The notes under the pieces: model-generated
The model's database searches: none
Told to the model about the DNA's origin: nothing
Seen by the model: only the letters and a program-made list of their open reading frames with translations
Assembly (NCBI GenBank): GCA_043814965.1
Contig: JBDRJN010000003.1
Location: 136,677 to 200,676 of the forward strand
Length of the DNA: 64,000 nucleotides
Reading direction: 5' to 3'
Source of the DNA: Candidatus Omnitrophota bacterium
Lineage (GTDB): Bacteria > Omnitrophota > Gorgyraeia > Gorgyraeales > Gorgyraeaceae
Position numbers and translations under genes: made by a program
Shown here: positions 45,418 through 55,929 of the stretch, piece after piece
Layout of the letters: each line of letters opens with the position of its first letter
Position numbering within the stretch: the stretch's first letter is position 1

Positions 45418-47197
45418 GATATGTATCTGGCTGCTCTCTTTTATCTAGTATAAAACTTCCCAAAACCAGGTAATCCATCTCTGTCCTCATAAAACACCTA
45501 TAAGAATCCTCGGGCGTACATACTATAGGCTCCCCTCTTACATTAAAAGATGTATTGATCACAACAGGGCAATTTGTCTTTTTATCAAGTTCCTTTAAAA
45601 GCTCGTAATACATATGATTTGGGCTGTCTTTGGATATAGTCTGCACTCTCGCTGAATAATCTACATGTGTCACAGCCGGGATAGTAGAGCGAGAGATCTT
45701 GAGCCTTTCAAAGCCCTTAGGTTCTTCGTAGGGCCTTGGCTCCAGCTTATCCTCTTTTACCTTTGCTACCAAAAGCATATAAGGGCTTTCCGAAGATATA
45801 TCAAAATACTCCCCTACTTTTTCAGCTAATACGCTTGGCGCAAAGGGCCTGAAAGATTCTCTAAATTTTATCTTTAAGTTTATCCTGGACTGCATGTCTT
45901 GACTTCTTGCGTCCCCCAGGATGCTTCTACCTCCAAGCGCCCTAGGCCCAAACTCCATCCTGCCCTGGAACCAGCCTATGACTTTTTCATCGATTATAAG
46001 CTCAGCTGTCTTCTTTAAAAGATCTTCTTTGGGGTATTTTTTAAAAGGGATATTACATCTAGTTAGATATTCTTCTATATATTCATCAGAAAAAGACGGC
46101 CCAAGAAAAGAGCCTTTTTGGCTGTCCCCATTAGAAACATGTCTAGGTTTATCGAGATATTTATGCCATATCCTTAATGCTGCTCCTATGGCTCCTCCCG
46201 CGTCCCCAGCTGCTGGCTGGATCCAGATATTTTTAAAAGGCCCTTCTTTTAGTACTTTTCCATTTGCTACACAATTAAGCGCCACTCCTCCTGCTAGACA
46301 TAGATTCTCCATGCCAGTTACTCTATGTACATACTTTACAGTCCTTAGCATGGCCTCTTCAGTCACTGCCTGGATAGACCTAGCCAGGTCCATGTCCTTC
46401 TGAGTGATCTTAGTCTCTTGCCTTCTGGGAGGGCCTCCAAATAGCTTGTTAAACCGATCATTTGTCATTGTAAGGCCCACACAGTAATTGAAATAATCCA
46501 TATTGAGCTTAAAAGAACCGTCTTCCTTGAGATCTATAAGGTTCTCTAGTATCAGGTCCTTATATTTAGGCTCACCATAAGGCGCAAGGCCCATGACCTT
46601 GTACTCAGCTGAATTTACCTTAAAACCTGTATAATAAGTAAACGCTGAATACAAAAGACCTAAAGAATGAGGGAATTTTATCTCATACATAAGGTCCAGG
46701 TCATTGCCGCTGCCTTTGCCAAAACTCGCTGTAGCCCATTCCCCCACGCCATCCATAGTGATAATAGCTGCTTCTTTGAATGGTGATGGATAAAAAGCAG
46801 AAGACGCATGAGACTCATGATGTTCCAGATATAGGATCTTTCCATGGTAATCAAGCTCTTCAGATATAAGAGACGGGATCCAAAGCCTTTCCTTAAGCCA
46901 TAAAGGTATTGCCTTGTAAAAAGACCTGAATCCAGAAGGCGCGTATGAAAGATATGTGGAAAGTATCCTCTCGAATTTTAAAAATATCTTATCATAAAAT
47001 GCTACATAGCTTAGGTCCTTTGCCTTGATACCAGTTTCCTTGAAGCAATATTGAATAGCATTTTTTGGAAAATTAAAATCCTGCTTTTTGCGTGTAAAGC
47101 GCTCTTCCTGCGCTGCGGCAATGATCTCGCCGTCTTTAATAAGAGCGCATGCTGAGTCATGATAAAAACAAGATATCCCAAGTATATAATTATTCAT
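45386..47197 (-). CDS. Carbamoyltransferase (NodU/CmcH family)
   Basis: N-terminus ILGISCFYHDSAACLIKDGEIIAAAQEERFTRKK is typical. 603 aa with an N-terminal YrdC-like/Kae1-like architecture. Confidence 0.8.
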   Translation of the reverse strand: MNNYILGISCFYHDSACALIKDGEIIAAAQEERFTRKKQDFNFPKNAIQYCFKETGIKAKDLSYVAFYDKIFLKFERILSTYLSYAPSGFRSFYKAIPLWLKERLWIPSLISEELDYHGKILYLEHHESHASSAFYPSPFKEAAIITMDGVGEWATASFGKGSGNDLDLMYEIKFPHSLGLLYSAFTYYTGFKVNSAEYKVMGLAPYGEPKYKDLILENLIDLKEDGSFKLNMDYFNYCVGLTMTNDRFNKLFGGPPRRQETKITQKDMDLARSIQAVTEEAMLRTVKYVHRVTGMENLCLAGGVALNCVANGKVLKEGPFKNIWIQPAAGDAGGAIGAALRIWHKYLDKPRHVSNGDSQKGSFLGPSFSDEYIEEYLTRCNIPFKKYPKEDLLKKTAELIIDEKVIGWFQGRMEFGPRALGGRSILGDARSQDMQSRINLKIKFRESFRPFAPSVLAEKVGEYFDISSESPYMLLVAKVKEDKLEPRPYEEPKGFERLKISRSTIPAVTHVDYSARVQTISKDSPNHMYYELLKELDKKTNCPVVINTSFNVRGEPIVCTPEDSYRCFMRTEMDYLVLGSFILDKREQPDTYLDKEEYFELD

Positions 47198-47241
47198 CTA
47201 TCCTTTTTGTTGGTTTCAAGACACAAGACACATGTCACAAG

Positions 47242-47592
47242 TTAAAAGCTTTTATATAGCTTGTATAGCAAACCGCCGACATCCGATCTTATACTTTCTA
47301 AACTATTAAAAACTTCATTATTTAAATATCCTAATTGAAAACAAAATTCTAGCAAATATTCAGTTTCAGCCAATGAACCCAATGCTACGTTAACAAATTG
47401 CTTAAACTCTCCCTTGTTTTGGCGCCCTGAGCCTTCAACTATATTTGTCGGAACTGACAAAGATGCCCTGCGCAATTGTGAAGTCACTCCATACATCTCA
47501 TCTTTTGGAAAATTTTTAGTAACTAAATAAACTTTGTAGGCCAAATCATGAGCCTTCTGCCATACTAATAACTTCTTATATCCTTTTTCCAT
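47242..47592 (-). CDS. Four-helix-bundle protein (23S rRNA intervening-sequence protein family)
   Basis: YKKLLVWQKAHDLAYKVYLVTKNFPKDEMYGVTSQLRRASLSVPTNIVEG is diagnostic of this family. Confidence 0.8.
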   Translation of the reverse strand: MEKGYKKLLVWQKAHDLAYKVYLVTKNFPKDEMYGVTSQLRRASLSVPTNIVEGSGRQNKGEFKQFVNVALGSLAETEYLLEFCFQLGYLNNEVFNSLESIRSDVGGLLYKLYKSF

Positions 47593-48917
47593 TTTCTTTC
47601 TTTGCTTGTGTCTTGCAACTTTTTAGCTGTTTCTTTTCCATCCAAGATAACATCTTCCATAGACATATATCTCCATGAGCCATATCTACCTGCTAGATGT
47701 ATATCAAAACCTTCAAGATAACCTTTTATCTTGTCTAGCGCGCTAGTCCTATGCTTATCGTAGACAACATATCCGTATTTTATATCTATTGGCACGCATG
47801 TCTCAATATCGCTTTCATTTTCTATGATATGCGTCTTCTTTAGAGACCTTGTTACATCATCCACTATCTTTTCTTTATTAATAGCGTCTTTTTCTACATA
47901 AGAGACTTCAGCATATAAAGAGGTCCTGCCTTGAGGCGCTACGCTCGTTGAAAAATTTGTAGGAAAACCCAATCTATAGAAATCCACGGACTCTTCAGGG
48001 TAATAGACCCAATGCTTATCTACAATGTCATCTTTTTTAATACCCAGATTGACAACATAGATAGATATATATTTAAGCATCGAGACTGCCTCTTTTATAT
48101 CGCTAGGCACATCATTTAAAAGGCTTATTAGTTCAGGTAGAGGAATGCTTGAAATAAGCCTTTCATAGCGCCTAGTGTCTTTATCTTTAAAATGTATCTT
48201 TTTATTGTATTGATCTATTGATAAAGCATGTTTTTCTAGATAGACATTATCCAGTGTTTTAGAAAAACTTTTTACTAATTCTGATATGCCTCCTTTTATC
48301 GGATACCAGAATCTCGCATTGTAACCATACGGCTTAGTATTTGAAGAAATAGCGCCTGTCACAGTGTCTTCAAGGCTTGGTACTGGGATAAAGCCATCCA
48401 GCCAGTCGCAGGTAATATCTCTCGGCTCTTCTCTCCAGAATTTTCTATTGTAGGGGAGCATAAAATGCTCTGCTATGCCATCACCAAACGTCTTTCTGAT
48501 CCAGTTCTCGAAATTTCCATTTAACTTTACATTGCCAGCCTTGACCTCTCCTCTGGCATTTATAAAACCGACCAGGCATTCTTTTACTATATCCTTTGGA
48601 AGGCCGTAAAGATTAGCCTGAAAAGGGTACCTTGTAAAACTTCCTTTGGAATATATCCATGAATTTCTCTTATGAGGAGCAAGATTCCCCTCTAAAAGTT
48701 CATTAAGCAATGAAAATACGTACTCTCCTCTAAAATGGAGCAGGTGTCCGTCATAATCAAATATATAGCCATCCTTGGCTATGGACCTAGCCATACCGCC
48801 TAATTCAGATTCCTTCTCGAACAGCGCGTAATCTTTTTTAAGGTGATAGGCTGAGCTAAGGCCTGCCAGCCCTCCCCCCAAGATAAGAACATTTTCTCTT
48901 TTTTCATCCATAAACAT
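47565..48917 (-). CDS. FAD/NAD(P)-dependent oxidoreductase of the amine-oxidase / UDP-galactopyranose-mutase-like superfamily
   Basis: N-terminal Rossmann motif VLILGGGLAGLSSAY and GG-x9-G...DYDGHLLHF. 450 aa. Confidence 0.45.
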   Translation of the reverse strand: MFMDEKRENVLILGGGLAGLSSAYHLKKDYALFEKESELGGMARSIAKDGYIFDYDGHLLHFRGEYVFSLLNELLEGNLAPHKRNSWIYSKGSFTRYPFQANLYGLPKDIVKECLVGFINARGEVKAGNVKLNGNFENWIRKTFGDGIAEHFMLPYNRKFWREEPRDITCDWLDGFIPVPSLEDTVTGAISSNTKPYGYNARFWYPIKGGISELVKSFSKTLDNVYLEKHALSIDQYNKKIHFKDKDTRRYERLISSIPLPELISLLNDVPSDIKEAVSMLKYISIYVVNLGIKKDDIVDKHWVYYPEESVDFYRLGFPTNFSTSVAPQGRTSLYAEVSYVEKDAINKEKIVDDVTRSLKKTHIIENESDIETCVPIDIKYGYVVYDKHRTSALDKIKGYLEGFDIHLAGRYGSWRYMSMEDVILDGKETAKKLQDTSKERKWKKDIRSY

Positions 48918-48954
48918 TTAAACCTTTAGACCTTTAAACTTTTAGACTTTTAAA

Positions 48955-49953
48955 CTAATCCTCTATCCTGACCATCCCGACTTTTTTACCCATGATAAAA
49001 AAAAGCATTACTACTATTAAAAGAATAATACCTGCTGCCTTAGTAGAGCCAAATGCGACTATAAGCGAAGAAACCGCAATGACAATGCTAAAAAAATACA
49101 TCGCCAGCACGCTCTTTCTGACACTATACCCCATAGTGACTAACCTCAGCGCTATATGGTCATCTGACTTTTTAAAAACTATTTTCTTCTTCTTCATCCT
49201 CATAAATACCAAAAATAAAGTGTCATATATAGGTAAGCTTAAAACAACTATAGGGGTAAGCAATGCTATAGGCCTATTAATAGGAGCATAGCTGATATTT
49301 ATAGAGGCCACTCCCAATAAAAACCCCAAAAATAAGCTTCCTGTATCCCCCATATATAACTTAGCGGGATTAAAATTATACAATAAAAATCCAAGATTAG
49401 CGCCTATAAATCCAGCAAGGACTATGCTGGACAAACTATCCCCTTTTATGGCTGATATCACCAAAAGGCTCGAGGATATGATGACCGCAAGCCCTGATGC
49501 CAGGCCATCCGCGATATCCAAAAGATTAAACGCATTTATTATAAAGATCATCCATGCGACTGTAAGTAGTATATTGAGAAAACCCGGTAAATATACGGTC
49601 TTTATATGTATACCAAAAAATATCATTATAGCTATAGCAATAAGCTCTACTATGATCTTTTTAAAGGGCGATAGGTCCTTCATGTCATCCAAAAATCCTA
49701 AAGCCACTATTAAACCCGAAGAAACCACTAGTCCTATCAATTTAACGCCAAAGCCATTTACATATTTATAAAATAACGCCATCGCTATAATAAAAGAGAC
49801 AAATATAGCTATCCCTCCCAGGCAAGGCATGCGCTTATCGCTATCTTTTTTAGGCCTTGAAAATATATCAAGCCCTTTACTGATCTTTATGGTAAAAGGC
49901 GTAAGAAAGACTGCTATAATGAATGTTACTAAGATACATATTAGATAGATCAA
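48955..49953 (-). CDS. wecA: Undecaprenyl-phosphate sugar-1-phosphate transferase (MraY/WecA family); initiating enzyme
   Basis: 332-aa polytopic membrane protein. DDMKDLSP and NAFNLLDIADGLASG motifs. Confidence 0.7.
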   Translation of the reverse strand: MIYLICILVTFIIAVFLTPFTIKISKGLDIFSRPKKDSDKRMPCLGGIAIFVSFIIAMALFYKYVNGFGVKLIGLVVSSGLIVALGFLDDMKDLSPFKKIIVELIAIAIMIFFGIHIKTVYLPGFLNILLTVAWMIFIINAFNLLDIADGLASGLAVIISSSLLVISAIKGDSLSSIVLAGFIGANLGFLLYNFNPAKLYMGDTGSLFLGFLLGVASINISYAPINRPIALLTPIVVLSLPIYDTLFLVFMRMKKKKIVFKKSDDHIALRLVTMGYSVRKSVLAMYFFSIVIAVSSLIVAFGSTKAAGIILLIVVMLFFIMGKKVGMVRIED

Positions 49954-51083
49954 TTTACACCCCTATATAAAAGATCCGTATCTTTTACCATCCTACTGAT
50001 ACAAAAAGAATCATCCATGGATGCCTTTGCCTTATTTTTCATAGCATCAAGCTGTTCAATATCTTTCAGTAAATAAACTACCCTGCTGGCGATCTCGGAA
50101 GGGTTTCCCTTTTTAGTGATAAATCCTGTCTCTCCGTCTCTTACCAGCTCTCTTACGCCTCCTGTATCAGTTGCAACAACTACGCATCCTTTTACGAGCG
50201 ACTCTATAACTGCCATAGGAAGCCCTTCCCACTTACTTGTCAGGATAGATATATCCATGAGATCTATTATCTCTTTAATATCCCTTCTCCATCCAAGCAT
50301 CTTGAACCTTACATCAAGGCTGGAGTCTTTTAAAAGTTTTTCGCATAGAGGACGCAACCTACCATCCCCTATAAGCAGAAAATTGACTTTATCTATGTTT
50401 TTATAGATATCAAGGGACGCCTTTATATAATCCTGGGGGGATTTTTGAGGCTTCAGGCAAGAGATCATGCCGACTATAGGATCATTATTCAATATCCCGA
50501 GCTCTCTTCTCTTGCTTGATACATCAGTTGTATTATTCTTGAATCTCGCCAGGTCTATTCCGTATTTTATGAGTATAAATTTTTCTTTTGGGGCTATCTT
50601 ATGCTTCAGGCCTAAGTCAATATCACTATTGGATACACAGATTATCTTTTCTGTAAAAAGGCTGCATATCCTCTCCAGCAATATATAAACTTTCTTAATA
50701 AATAAATTCTGGTAGTCATTAAAAGGCCAGCCATGCACTGTATGATATATATGCTGTACGCCTGCTAGCTTAGCTGTAAAGCGTCCCAATATGCCAGCCT
50801 TTGAGCTATGTGTATGAACTATATCATATTTATGGGTTATATATATAAGCCATATATTAATAGAAACCAATATATCAAGTATTGGATTAATATGCCTTAC
50901 TAATAATAGCAGCATAAAGACCTTTACGCCTAAGAGGCGCTCAAAGTCGTCCTTAATAGTGCCTCTTGAAGAAGTAATGATGGATAATTCGTATTTATCC
51001 TTTGGAAGGTTTTTTAATAGGCTAAGTGTCGAAAGCTGGGCTCCGCCAAGCTCTGGTTTTGTTATAATATGGCAGACTTTCAT
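49950..51083 (-). CDS. GT4 glycosyltransferase
   Basis: 377 aa. MKVCHIITKPELGGAQ N-terminus and EGLPMAVIESLVKGCVVVATDTGGVRELV. Confidence 0.7.
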   Translation of the reverse strand: MKVCHIITKPELGGAQLSTLSLLKNLPKDKYELSIITSSRGTIKDDFERLLGVKVFMLLLLVRHINPILDILVSINIWLIYITHKYDIVHTHSSKAGILGRFTAKLAGVQHIYHTVHGWPFNDYQNLFIKKVYILLERICSLFTEKIICVSNSDIDLGLKHKIAPKEKFILIKYGIDLARFKNNTTDVSSKRRELGILNNDPIVGMISCLKPQKSPQDYIKASLDIYKNIDKVNFLLIGDGRLRPLCEKLLKDSSLDVRFKMLGWRRDIKEIIDLMDISILTSKWEGLPMAVIESLVKGCVVVATDTGGVRELVRDGETGFITKKGNPSEIASRVVYLLKDIEQLDAMKNKAKASMDDSFCISRMVKDTDLLYRGVN

Positions 51084-51149
51084 ATTTGTCCATCAGTATA
51101 ACAAAGAAAAAATATATTGTCAATTTATGTTCGCTCAACCTTAAACTTA

Positions 51150-51662
51150 CTACTTCCTCTCCAAGCTAAAGGTCAGAAGCAGGCCGAATCCTCCGCTTAT
51201 TATATTCAGGAGGACGTCTGTAGCCTGGTAATAACGGTTTGGCAGGAGATATTGGATACCCTCGTCTATCCACCCCACTATCGAGGTAAGCAAAAAAGCT
51301 GCTATGTATAGTAAAACACCTTTTAGGCTGGGCTTAAGCGCTTTTAAAAATAGGTATGATAAAAATCCATATTCTACGAGATGTATCTTTTCTTCCGGAT
51401 ATTCTATATATCTAAGGGAGATCGCGTATAAAATTATCACCAATATAAATAAGGCCTTACTGGAAAGCTGCTTTTCTAATAATCTCTTCCTAAAAACTAT
51501 CACTATACCGATAAATACACTTAAAAGCCCTATTAATATCAAAAACTCGAACTCAGTATTCCTTTTAAGGAAATTGCATATGGGCCTGACGACATAAAGC
51601 GTTGAGTATATTAGGAGTATCCAGGAGATAGAAAATACCCAGTATCTTCTATCAGTCTTCAT
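51150..51662 (-). CDS. VanZ-family membrane protein
   Basis: WIDEGIQYLLPNRYYQATDVLLNIISGGFG matches the VanZ signature. 170 aa. Confidence 0.55.
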   Translation of the reverse strand: MKTDRRYWVFSISWILLIYSTLYVVRPICNFLKRNTEFEFLILIGLLSVFIGIVIVFRKRLLEKQLSSKALFILVIILYAISLRYIEYPEEKIHLVEYGFLSYLFLKALKPSLKGVLLYIAAFLLTSIVGWIDEGIQYLLPNRYYQATDVLLNIISGGFGLLLTFSLERK

Positions 51663-52530
51663 TGACTACCTTTACATTCTCGCCATCACTTTCCAATACA
51701 ATAGTGCCCAGGACATCCGTCCTCAAGACAAAACCTATTAATTTATCAAGTTCTTTCTGGTAAGGTTTATGGAATTTATTTTCCCCGGAAGATACTATAA
51801 AGATCTTGTCTACAAAAAATCCTGCGAATTCATCTGTTATAAATCCGCCATGATGGGGCACCTGTACTACGTTAGCTAACTTTATATAAGGAAAACTAGT
51901 TATAAGCACTAACTGCTGTCCTACCTGGATATCAGACGTAAAAAGGAATGAAGTGTCCTTGAATGTAAAATAACTTACTATGCTATTCTCATTAGCTTTA
52001 CCTGAGAGGCCTTTTGGGTTCAATATCTCTAGTTTTATATCCTTTTGATCACTGAAAAGCGTGTCCCCTCTCTTTAATACCTTGGTTGGGATATTTTTTT
52101 CTTTTACTTTCTCCATAACTTCCTTATAGCCCTCTTCAGCACGTGATACATCATCATTGATATAAAAATTATGAACCTTGCATTTTTCGATGAGGCTCTC
52201 TATGCCGCTAAAGTGATTCTCATGGGGATGGGTCAATATAAGGGTATCTATATCTTTTATATGTATATCTTCCAGATATTTGATAAATTCCTGTACATAT
52301 TCGCTGGTACCTGTATCTATAAGGATGATTTTTTTGCTAGGAAGCTCTATTAATATAGAATCTCCATATCCTACATCTATGACATGCACTTTTACTGTTT
52401 CTTTTTGTTTTTTTGTGTAGGAGTAGGTAGGCTTGATAGCTACAGCAAAACAGACAGCAAAAGCTATAGATAGGATCAGAAAAAACTTCAGGGAGATTTT
52501 TCTTTTTGAGGTTATTTTGTCGTGGACCAT
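51652..52530 (-). CDS. MBL-fold metallo-hydrolase (ComEC C-terminal lactamase-like domain homolog) with a signal/TM anchor
   Basis: DTLILTHPHENHFSG and HHGG motifs. 292 aa. Confidence 0.6.
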   Translation of the reverse strand: MVHDKITSKRKISLKFFLILSIAFAVCFAVAIKPTYSYTKKQKETVKVHVIDVGYGDSILIELPSKKIILIDTGTSEYVQEFIKYLEDIHIKDIDTLILTHPHENHFSGIESLIEKCKVHNFYINDDVSRAEEGYKEVMEKVKEKNIPTKVLKRGDTLFSDQKDIKLEILNPKGLSGKANENSIVSYFTFKDTSFLFTSDIQVGQQLVLITSFPYIKLANVVQVPHHGGFITDEFAGFFVDKIFIVSSGENKFHKPYQKELDKLIGFVLRTDVLGTIVLESDGENVKVVNED

Positions 52531-53117
52531 TTATTTAAAGACTCACTTAAGCCTTTTAGGTCGGATTGCATGGCATCTATTGAAGATTCTATGTCTGAGC
52601 GGTTCCACGAGTCTTTGGAAAACTCATTCTTTGTATTATCCATGCGTTTTTGTATCTTAAAGGCTATCTCTTTACTGATAGATATGTCTTTATCTACTGC
52701 CTCGACCATAGTGTTTATTGTATCAGCGAGATCCCATAGTTCGTCACCAGTCCTCAGCTTGATCCTTTTTGCCAGATTACCCTTTCTGATCTCATCTATA
52801 GTGCGCTCTATCCTCAATACAGGGCCTGCTATCTTATGTGAAAACAGCACTGCAAGAAGGAATACTATGGGTAATATAAATAAAAGATTTTTAAGCAGCG
52901 CCAAATTTATACCTCTAAGGACGTACAAGAGCCTCCCTTGAGGATAGACAGCAGCGAGTTTTTGAGTAAAAAGCGACCAACCTGTGACAAAAACAGTAAA
53001 CCCTGAAACAGAAAACGCAAACAACACCAAGGCAAGCACGACTCCTACATACCTAAATTGCAACCCTGTCTTGACTATATATTCTCTTCTTCTTTTAATA
53101 AAGATCGGGCCTGTCAT
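52512..53117 (-). CDS. Membrane protein with a HAMP-like domain
   Basis: Two TM helices followed by an amphipathic HAMP-like region (AGPVLRIERTIDEIRKGNLAKRIKLRTGDELWDLADTIN). Confidence 0.4.
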   Translation of the reverse strand: MTGPIFIKRRREYIVKTGLQFRYVGVVLALVLFAFSVSGFTVFVTGWSLFTQKLAAVYPQGRLLYVLRGINLALLKNLLFILPIVFLLAVLFSHKIAGPVLRIERTIDEIRKGNLAKRIKLRTGDELWDLADTINTMVEAVDKDISISKEIAFKIQKRMDNTKNEFSKDSWNRSDIESSIDAMQSDLKGLSESLNKWSTTK

Positions 53118-54079
53118 AAGTCACCTTCTCTCCTCAAGGTTATATTCCTCCTGACCGTAAAATCAATTGTATTGTTTTCTATCGACTTTTTATCGATAAG
53201 ATCTATGGCATCATCCAGCGGAAGATACCTTGTGTTATACCCTCCTATTGCGATTATCAGGTCTCCTTTTTTTAGACCAGAGGATTCTGAGATACCGCCC
53301 TCCTCAATATCTTTTATCTGAAGCCCATCGTACTCAAATCCGAGATCAATGCCAAGATTTTGATATATATTTGGCTCTTTTGATCTTATAGGTACAGTGA
53401 CTTCTCTTTCTATATCTATCTTCACCTCTGAATACTTAGGGCCTTTCAGCTCTTCTACTATATAATCCAGCTCGGCAAAACTCACCATCTTGCCCCATAC
53501 AGCAACAAGTACATCGTTTGCTTTTAGCCTTGCGCGAGAAGAAGATGAATAAGGCTTGATCTCATCTATAATAAATATGCCTTTTTTCTCGACTAACCTA
53601 AAACCTAAGATATCCCATAATAAAGAGATCTTATCTTTCTCGGTAGAGGGCGTTATCTTTTCTCTTTTGTGCCAGTTGACTACCATATCCCTGCGCGCGA
53701 TCTCTTTTCTGACCAGTTTATCTTTTTCGCGGAGCAGCTTATCATGCGTTGCTATATAAGCCATACGAGCGTCCTTGTATTCTGGGTTTATCTTCATAGC
53801 CTCTCTATAATAAAACGCGGCATTTTCATACATGCCCCTCTCATCATAGAGCCTCCCCAGCTGTAAATAACTATGTTCTTTAGCATCATACTGGATATCT
53901 TTTATGTCGTTTCTAAGTATCTTTTTTTCACCATCTACTGTACTAAACACGACCCTATCCTTATATTCTTCCACCACAAGCCCCTTGATAGAAGTATTAT
54001 CTTTTAAGGTAATAGTATCTGCGTAGCTAAATGAAACCATCATAGCCATAGTGATCATAACAAGGCTTATTTTCCACAT
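53114..54079 (-). CDS. Secreted PDZ-domain protein with a TPR-like segment
   Basis: Signal peptide, a TPR-like region (GMYENAAFYYREAMKINPEYKDA) and PDZ-like GLKKGDLIIAIGG. Confidence 0.45.
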   Translation of the reverse strand: MWKISLVMITMAMMVSFSYADTITLKDNTSIKGLVVEEYKDRVVFSTVDGEKKILRNDIKDIQYDAKEHSYLQLGRLYDERGMYENAAFYYREAMKINPEYKDARMAYIATHDKLLREKDKLVRKEIARRDMVVNWHKREKITPSTEKDKISLLWDILGFRLVEKKGIFIIDEIKPYSSSSRARLKANDVLVAVWGKMVSFAELDYIVEELKGPKYSEVKIDIEREVTVPIRSKEPNIYQNLGIDLGFEYDGLQIKDIEEGGISESSGLKKGDLIIAIGGYNTRYLPLDDAIDLIDKKSIENNTIDFTVRRNITLRREGDL

Positions 54080-54202
54080 ATCTCAAAATATATCATATAG
54101 TTGGATAAATTACAAGGCGCATCTAACCAGGTTATCAGAATGATTTTCAAAAATCTTTGTTAGAGTAACCTGGTCAAATAACTTTTTTGGGGGGATGAAA
54201 AT

Positions 54203-54654
54203 ATGGCGTAGGCCTATAAGCCGGGTTCTGTTCCGCCCAAGGCGGATGATAGCTATCTATCTAGCCTTGGCATTGCTGCCAAGATCTTGCAACCTACCCG
54301 TCTCGCTATTACGAACGGGCCGTTCTTCTTAGCGAGACCTATTTGGTTTTGCTCCGCATAGAGATTGCCGCGTTTCACCCTAAAGAAACAGTGACGCATG
54401 CTTAAGCATTATACGTCACTAAAGAGCTTCTTTAGACTCGTCTCTGTGGCTCTCCCGAATATCAGACTTACTAGAAGCATGACGCTCGGGATCCCGAGGC
54501 ACCATTGCTTGATTTTATGTGCCGAGGGATGATCCGTCCCGAGCCAGCCATAGATATTGGCTGACGAGGGAGACGGGTATTACCCGCTATACTGCCCTGT
54601 GGAGCCCGGACTTTCCTCCCATCTATAAAGACAGGCAGCTATCCAGCCTACGCC
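54203..54654 (-). ncRNA. rnpB: RNase P RNA, bacterial type A
   Basis: Minus strand contains GGAGGAAAGUCCGGGCUCCACAGGGCAG (P4 5' strand) and ACAGAACCCGGCUUAUAGG (P4 3' strand). A P1 helix GGCGUAGGC/GCCUACGCC closes the molecule at about 452 nt. Confidence 0.88.
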
Positions 54655-54656
54655 AA

Positions 54657-55091
54657 TTATTCAGTTTTTAAAGAATTGTCGAATCTTGCATCTATAGCAT
54701 TGTTTGCGAGTTTGTCTGCTATAGTATTGTCTTCTCTGGGTATTGTGACTATATCTATCTTTTGAAAACCCCTTTTTAGATGCTGGTACATATCAAAATA
54801 CATCCTTAGGTTTTCATTTTTTACCTTGTATTCACCTCTTAGCTGCTTTGTAAGAAGTTCACTGTCAGATCTTACAGTCACTTCTTCATATCTATCAATG
54901 ACCGCTTCCTGCAAGGCATATATAAGGGCACTATACTCGGCTATATTGTTTGTAGTATCTCCTATGAACTTATATATCTTTTTCAGGACTTTCTTGTCTT
55001 TGCCAACAAAAGCTATGCCTATCCCCGAAGGGCCGGGATTCCCCCTAGAAGCGCCATCTATGAATAGCTCAATCGATCTCGACATCGTCAT
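54657..55091 (-). CDS. rnhA: Ribonuclease HI
   Basis: IELFIDGASRGNPGPSGIGIAF (Asp1), SDSELL and NTIADKLAN motifs. 144 aa. Its stop lies 2 nt from the rnpB 5' end. Confidence 0.8.
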   Translation of the reverse strand: MTMSRSIELFIDGASRGNPGPSGIGIAFVGKDKKVLKKIYKFIGDTTNNIAEYSALIYALQEAVIDRYEEVTVRSDSELLTKQLRGEYKVKNENLRMYFDMYQHLKRGFQKIDIVTIPREDNTIADKLANNAIDARFDNSLKTE

Positions 55092-55806
55092 CTATATATA
55101 GTATCCTTGAGCAGCTTCCGCAGCTCACAATGTTCTCTTTTATTTTTGCTTCACTTACAACCTGTGGAGGAAGGTTCATATGACACCCCCCGCATGAGCC
55201 GTTTTCAACACACACTATAGCAAGGCCTCCTCTATTATCAAGGACCTTCTCGTAATGCTTTAATATAACACTCTCTACGTTCGGTGCTATGACTTCTCTC
55301 CTGGATAGAAGCTCCTTTAATTTGGCGTCTATCTCTTTATCCCTTTTAAAGACCTCTTCCTTCTTTACCTTAAAATCTTCTTCTTCTTTCTTAAATAACT
55401 CTTTCTCTTCGAGGACGTTTTTCTTGGAAGCATCTATAGCATCCATTGTCTTTAATATATCTTCTTCTATCAATGAATTGTCCGCCTTGATACCTTCTAT
55501 CTCTCTAAGCATCGCGGAATATTCTTTATTTGTCTTTATCTGTGAGAGCTGGGAGTCCAGTTTCTTGATCTGTCCTTCTTTTTGTTGAAGCGTGATCTCT
55601 TTTTCTTTTAACTTTATCTGTAAAGACCTTAGATCGTCGTCTGCTTTTTTTATGCCTTCTTTTTTTGATTCCAGGCTGGTTTCTATATCTTTTATAAATT
55701 TTGGGGTCTTTTCTTTCTCGCTCTTTAATTCATAGATCTCCAAGTCCAAGACTTGCAATTCCTTAAGAAGCAGTATCTGTTCTTTTGTCGATTTTTTTTT
55801 AGTCAA
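55069..55806 (-). CDS. Coiled-coil protein with a C-terminal C4 zinc-ribbon (COG1579 family)
   Basis: Long coiled-coil followed by CGGCHMNLPPQ...CGSCSRILY. Confidence 0.55.
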   Translation of the reverse strand: MTKKKSTKEQILLLKELQVLDLEIYELKSEKEKTPKFIKDIETSLESKKEGIKKADDDLRSLQIKLKEKEITLQQKEGQIKKLDSQLSQIKTNKEYSAMLREIEGIKADNSLIEEDILKTMDAIDASKKNVLEEKELFKKEEEDFKVKKEEVFKRDKEIDAKLKELLSRREVIAPNVESVILKHYEKVLDNRGGLAIVCVENGSCGGCHMNLPPQVVSEAKIKENIVSCGSCSRILYIDDDVEID

Positions 55807-55842
55807 AACTTTCTATCCCTTCTTTGGTTGTTACCTCTGAAT

Positions 55843-55928
55843 CTTTATGCCCCTCGCGACATACTTTCAAACAATAGTCTCTCGGGACGAATTTGCCTGT
55901 AATCACATTTCCAGCAAATTCGATGGGC
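55843..55928. repeat. tRNA-trailer repeat, copy 1 (no tRNA body; retains only TGGGC of a tRNA 3' end)
   Basis: About 86 bp almost identical to 55945-56030 and 56446-56531. Tandem with copy 2. Confidence 0.75.
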
Positions 55929-55929
55929 T

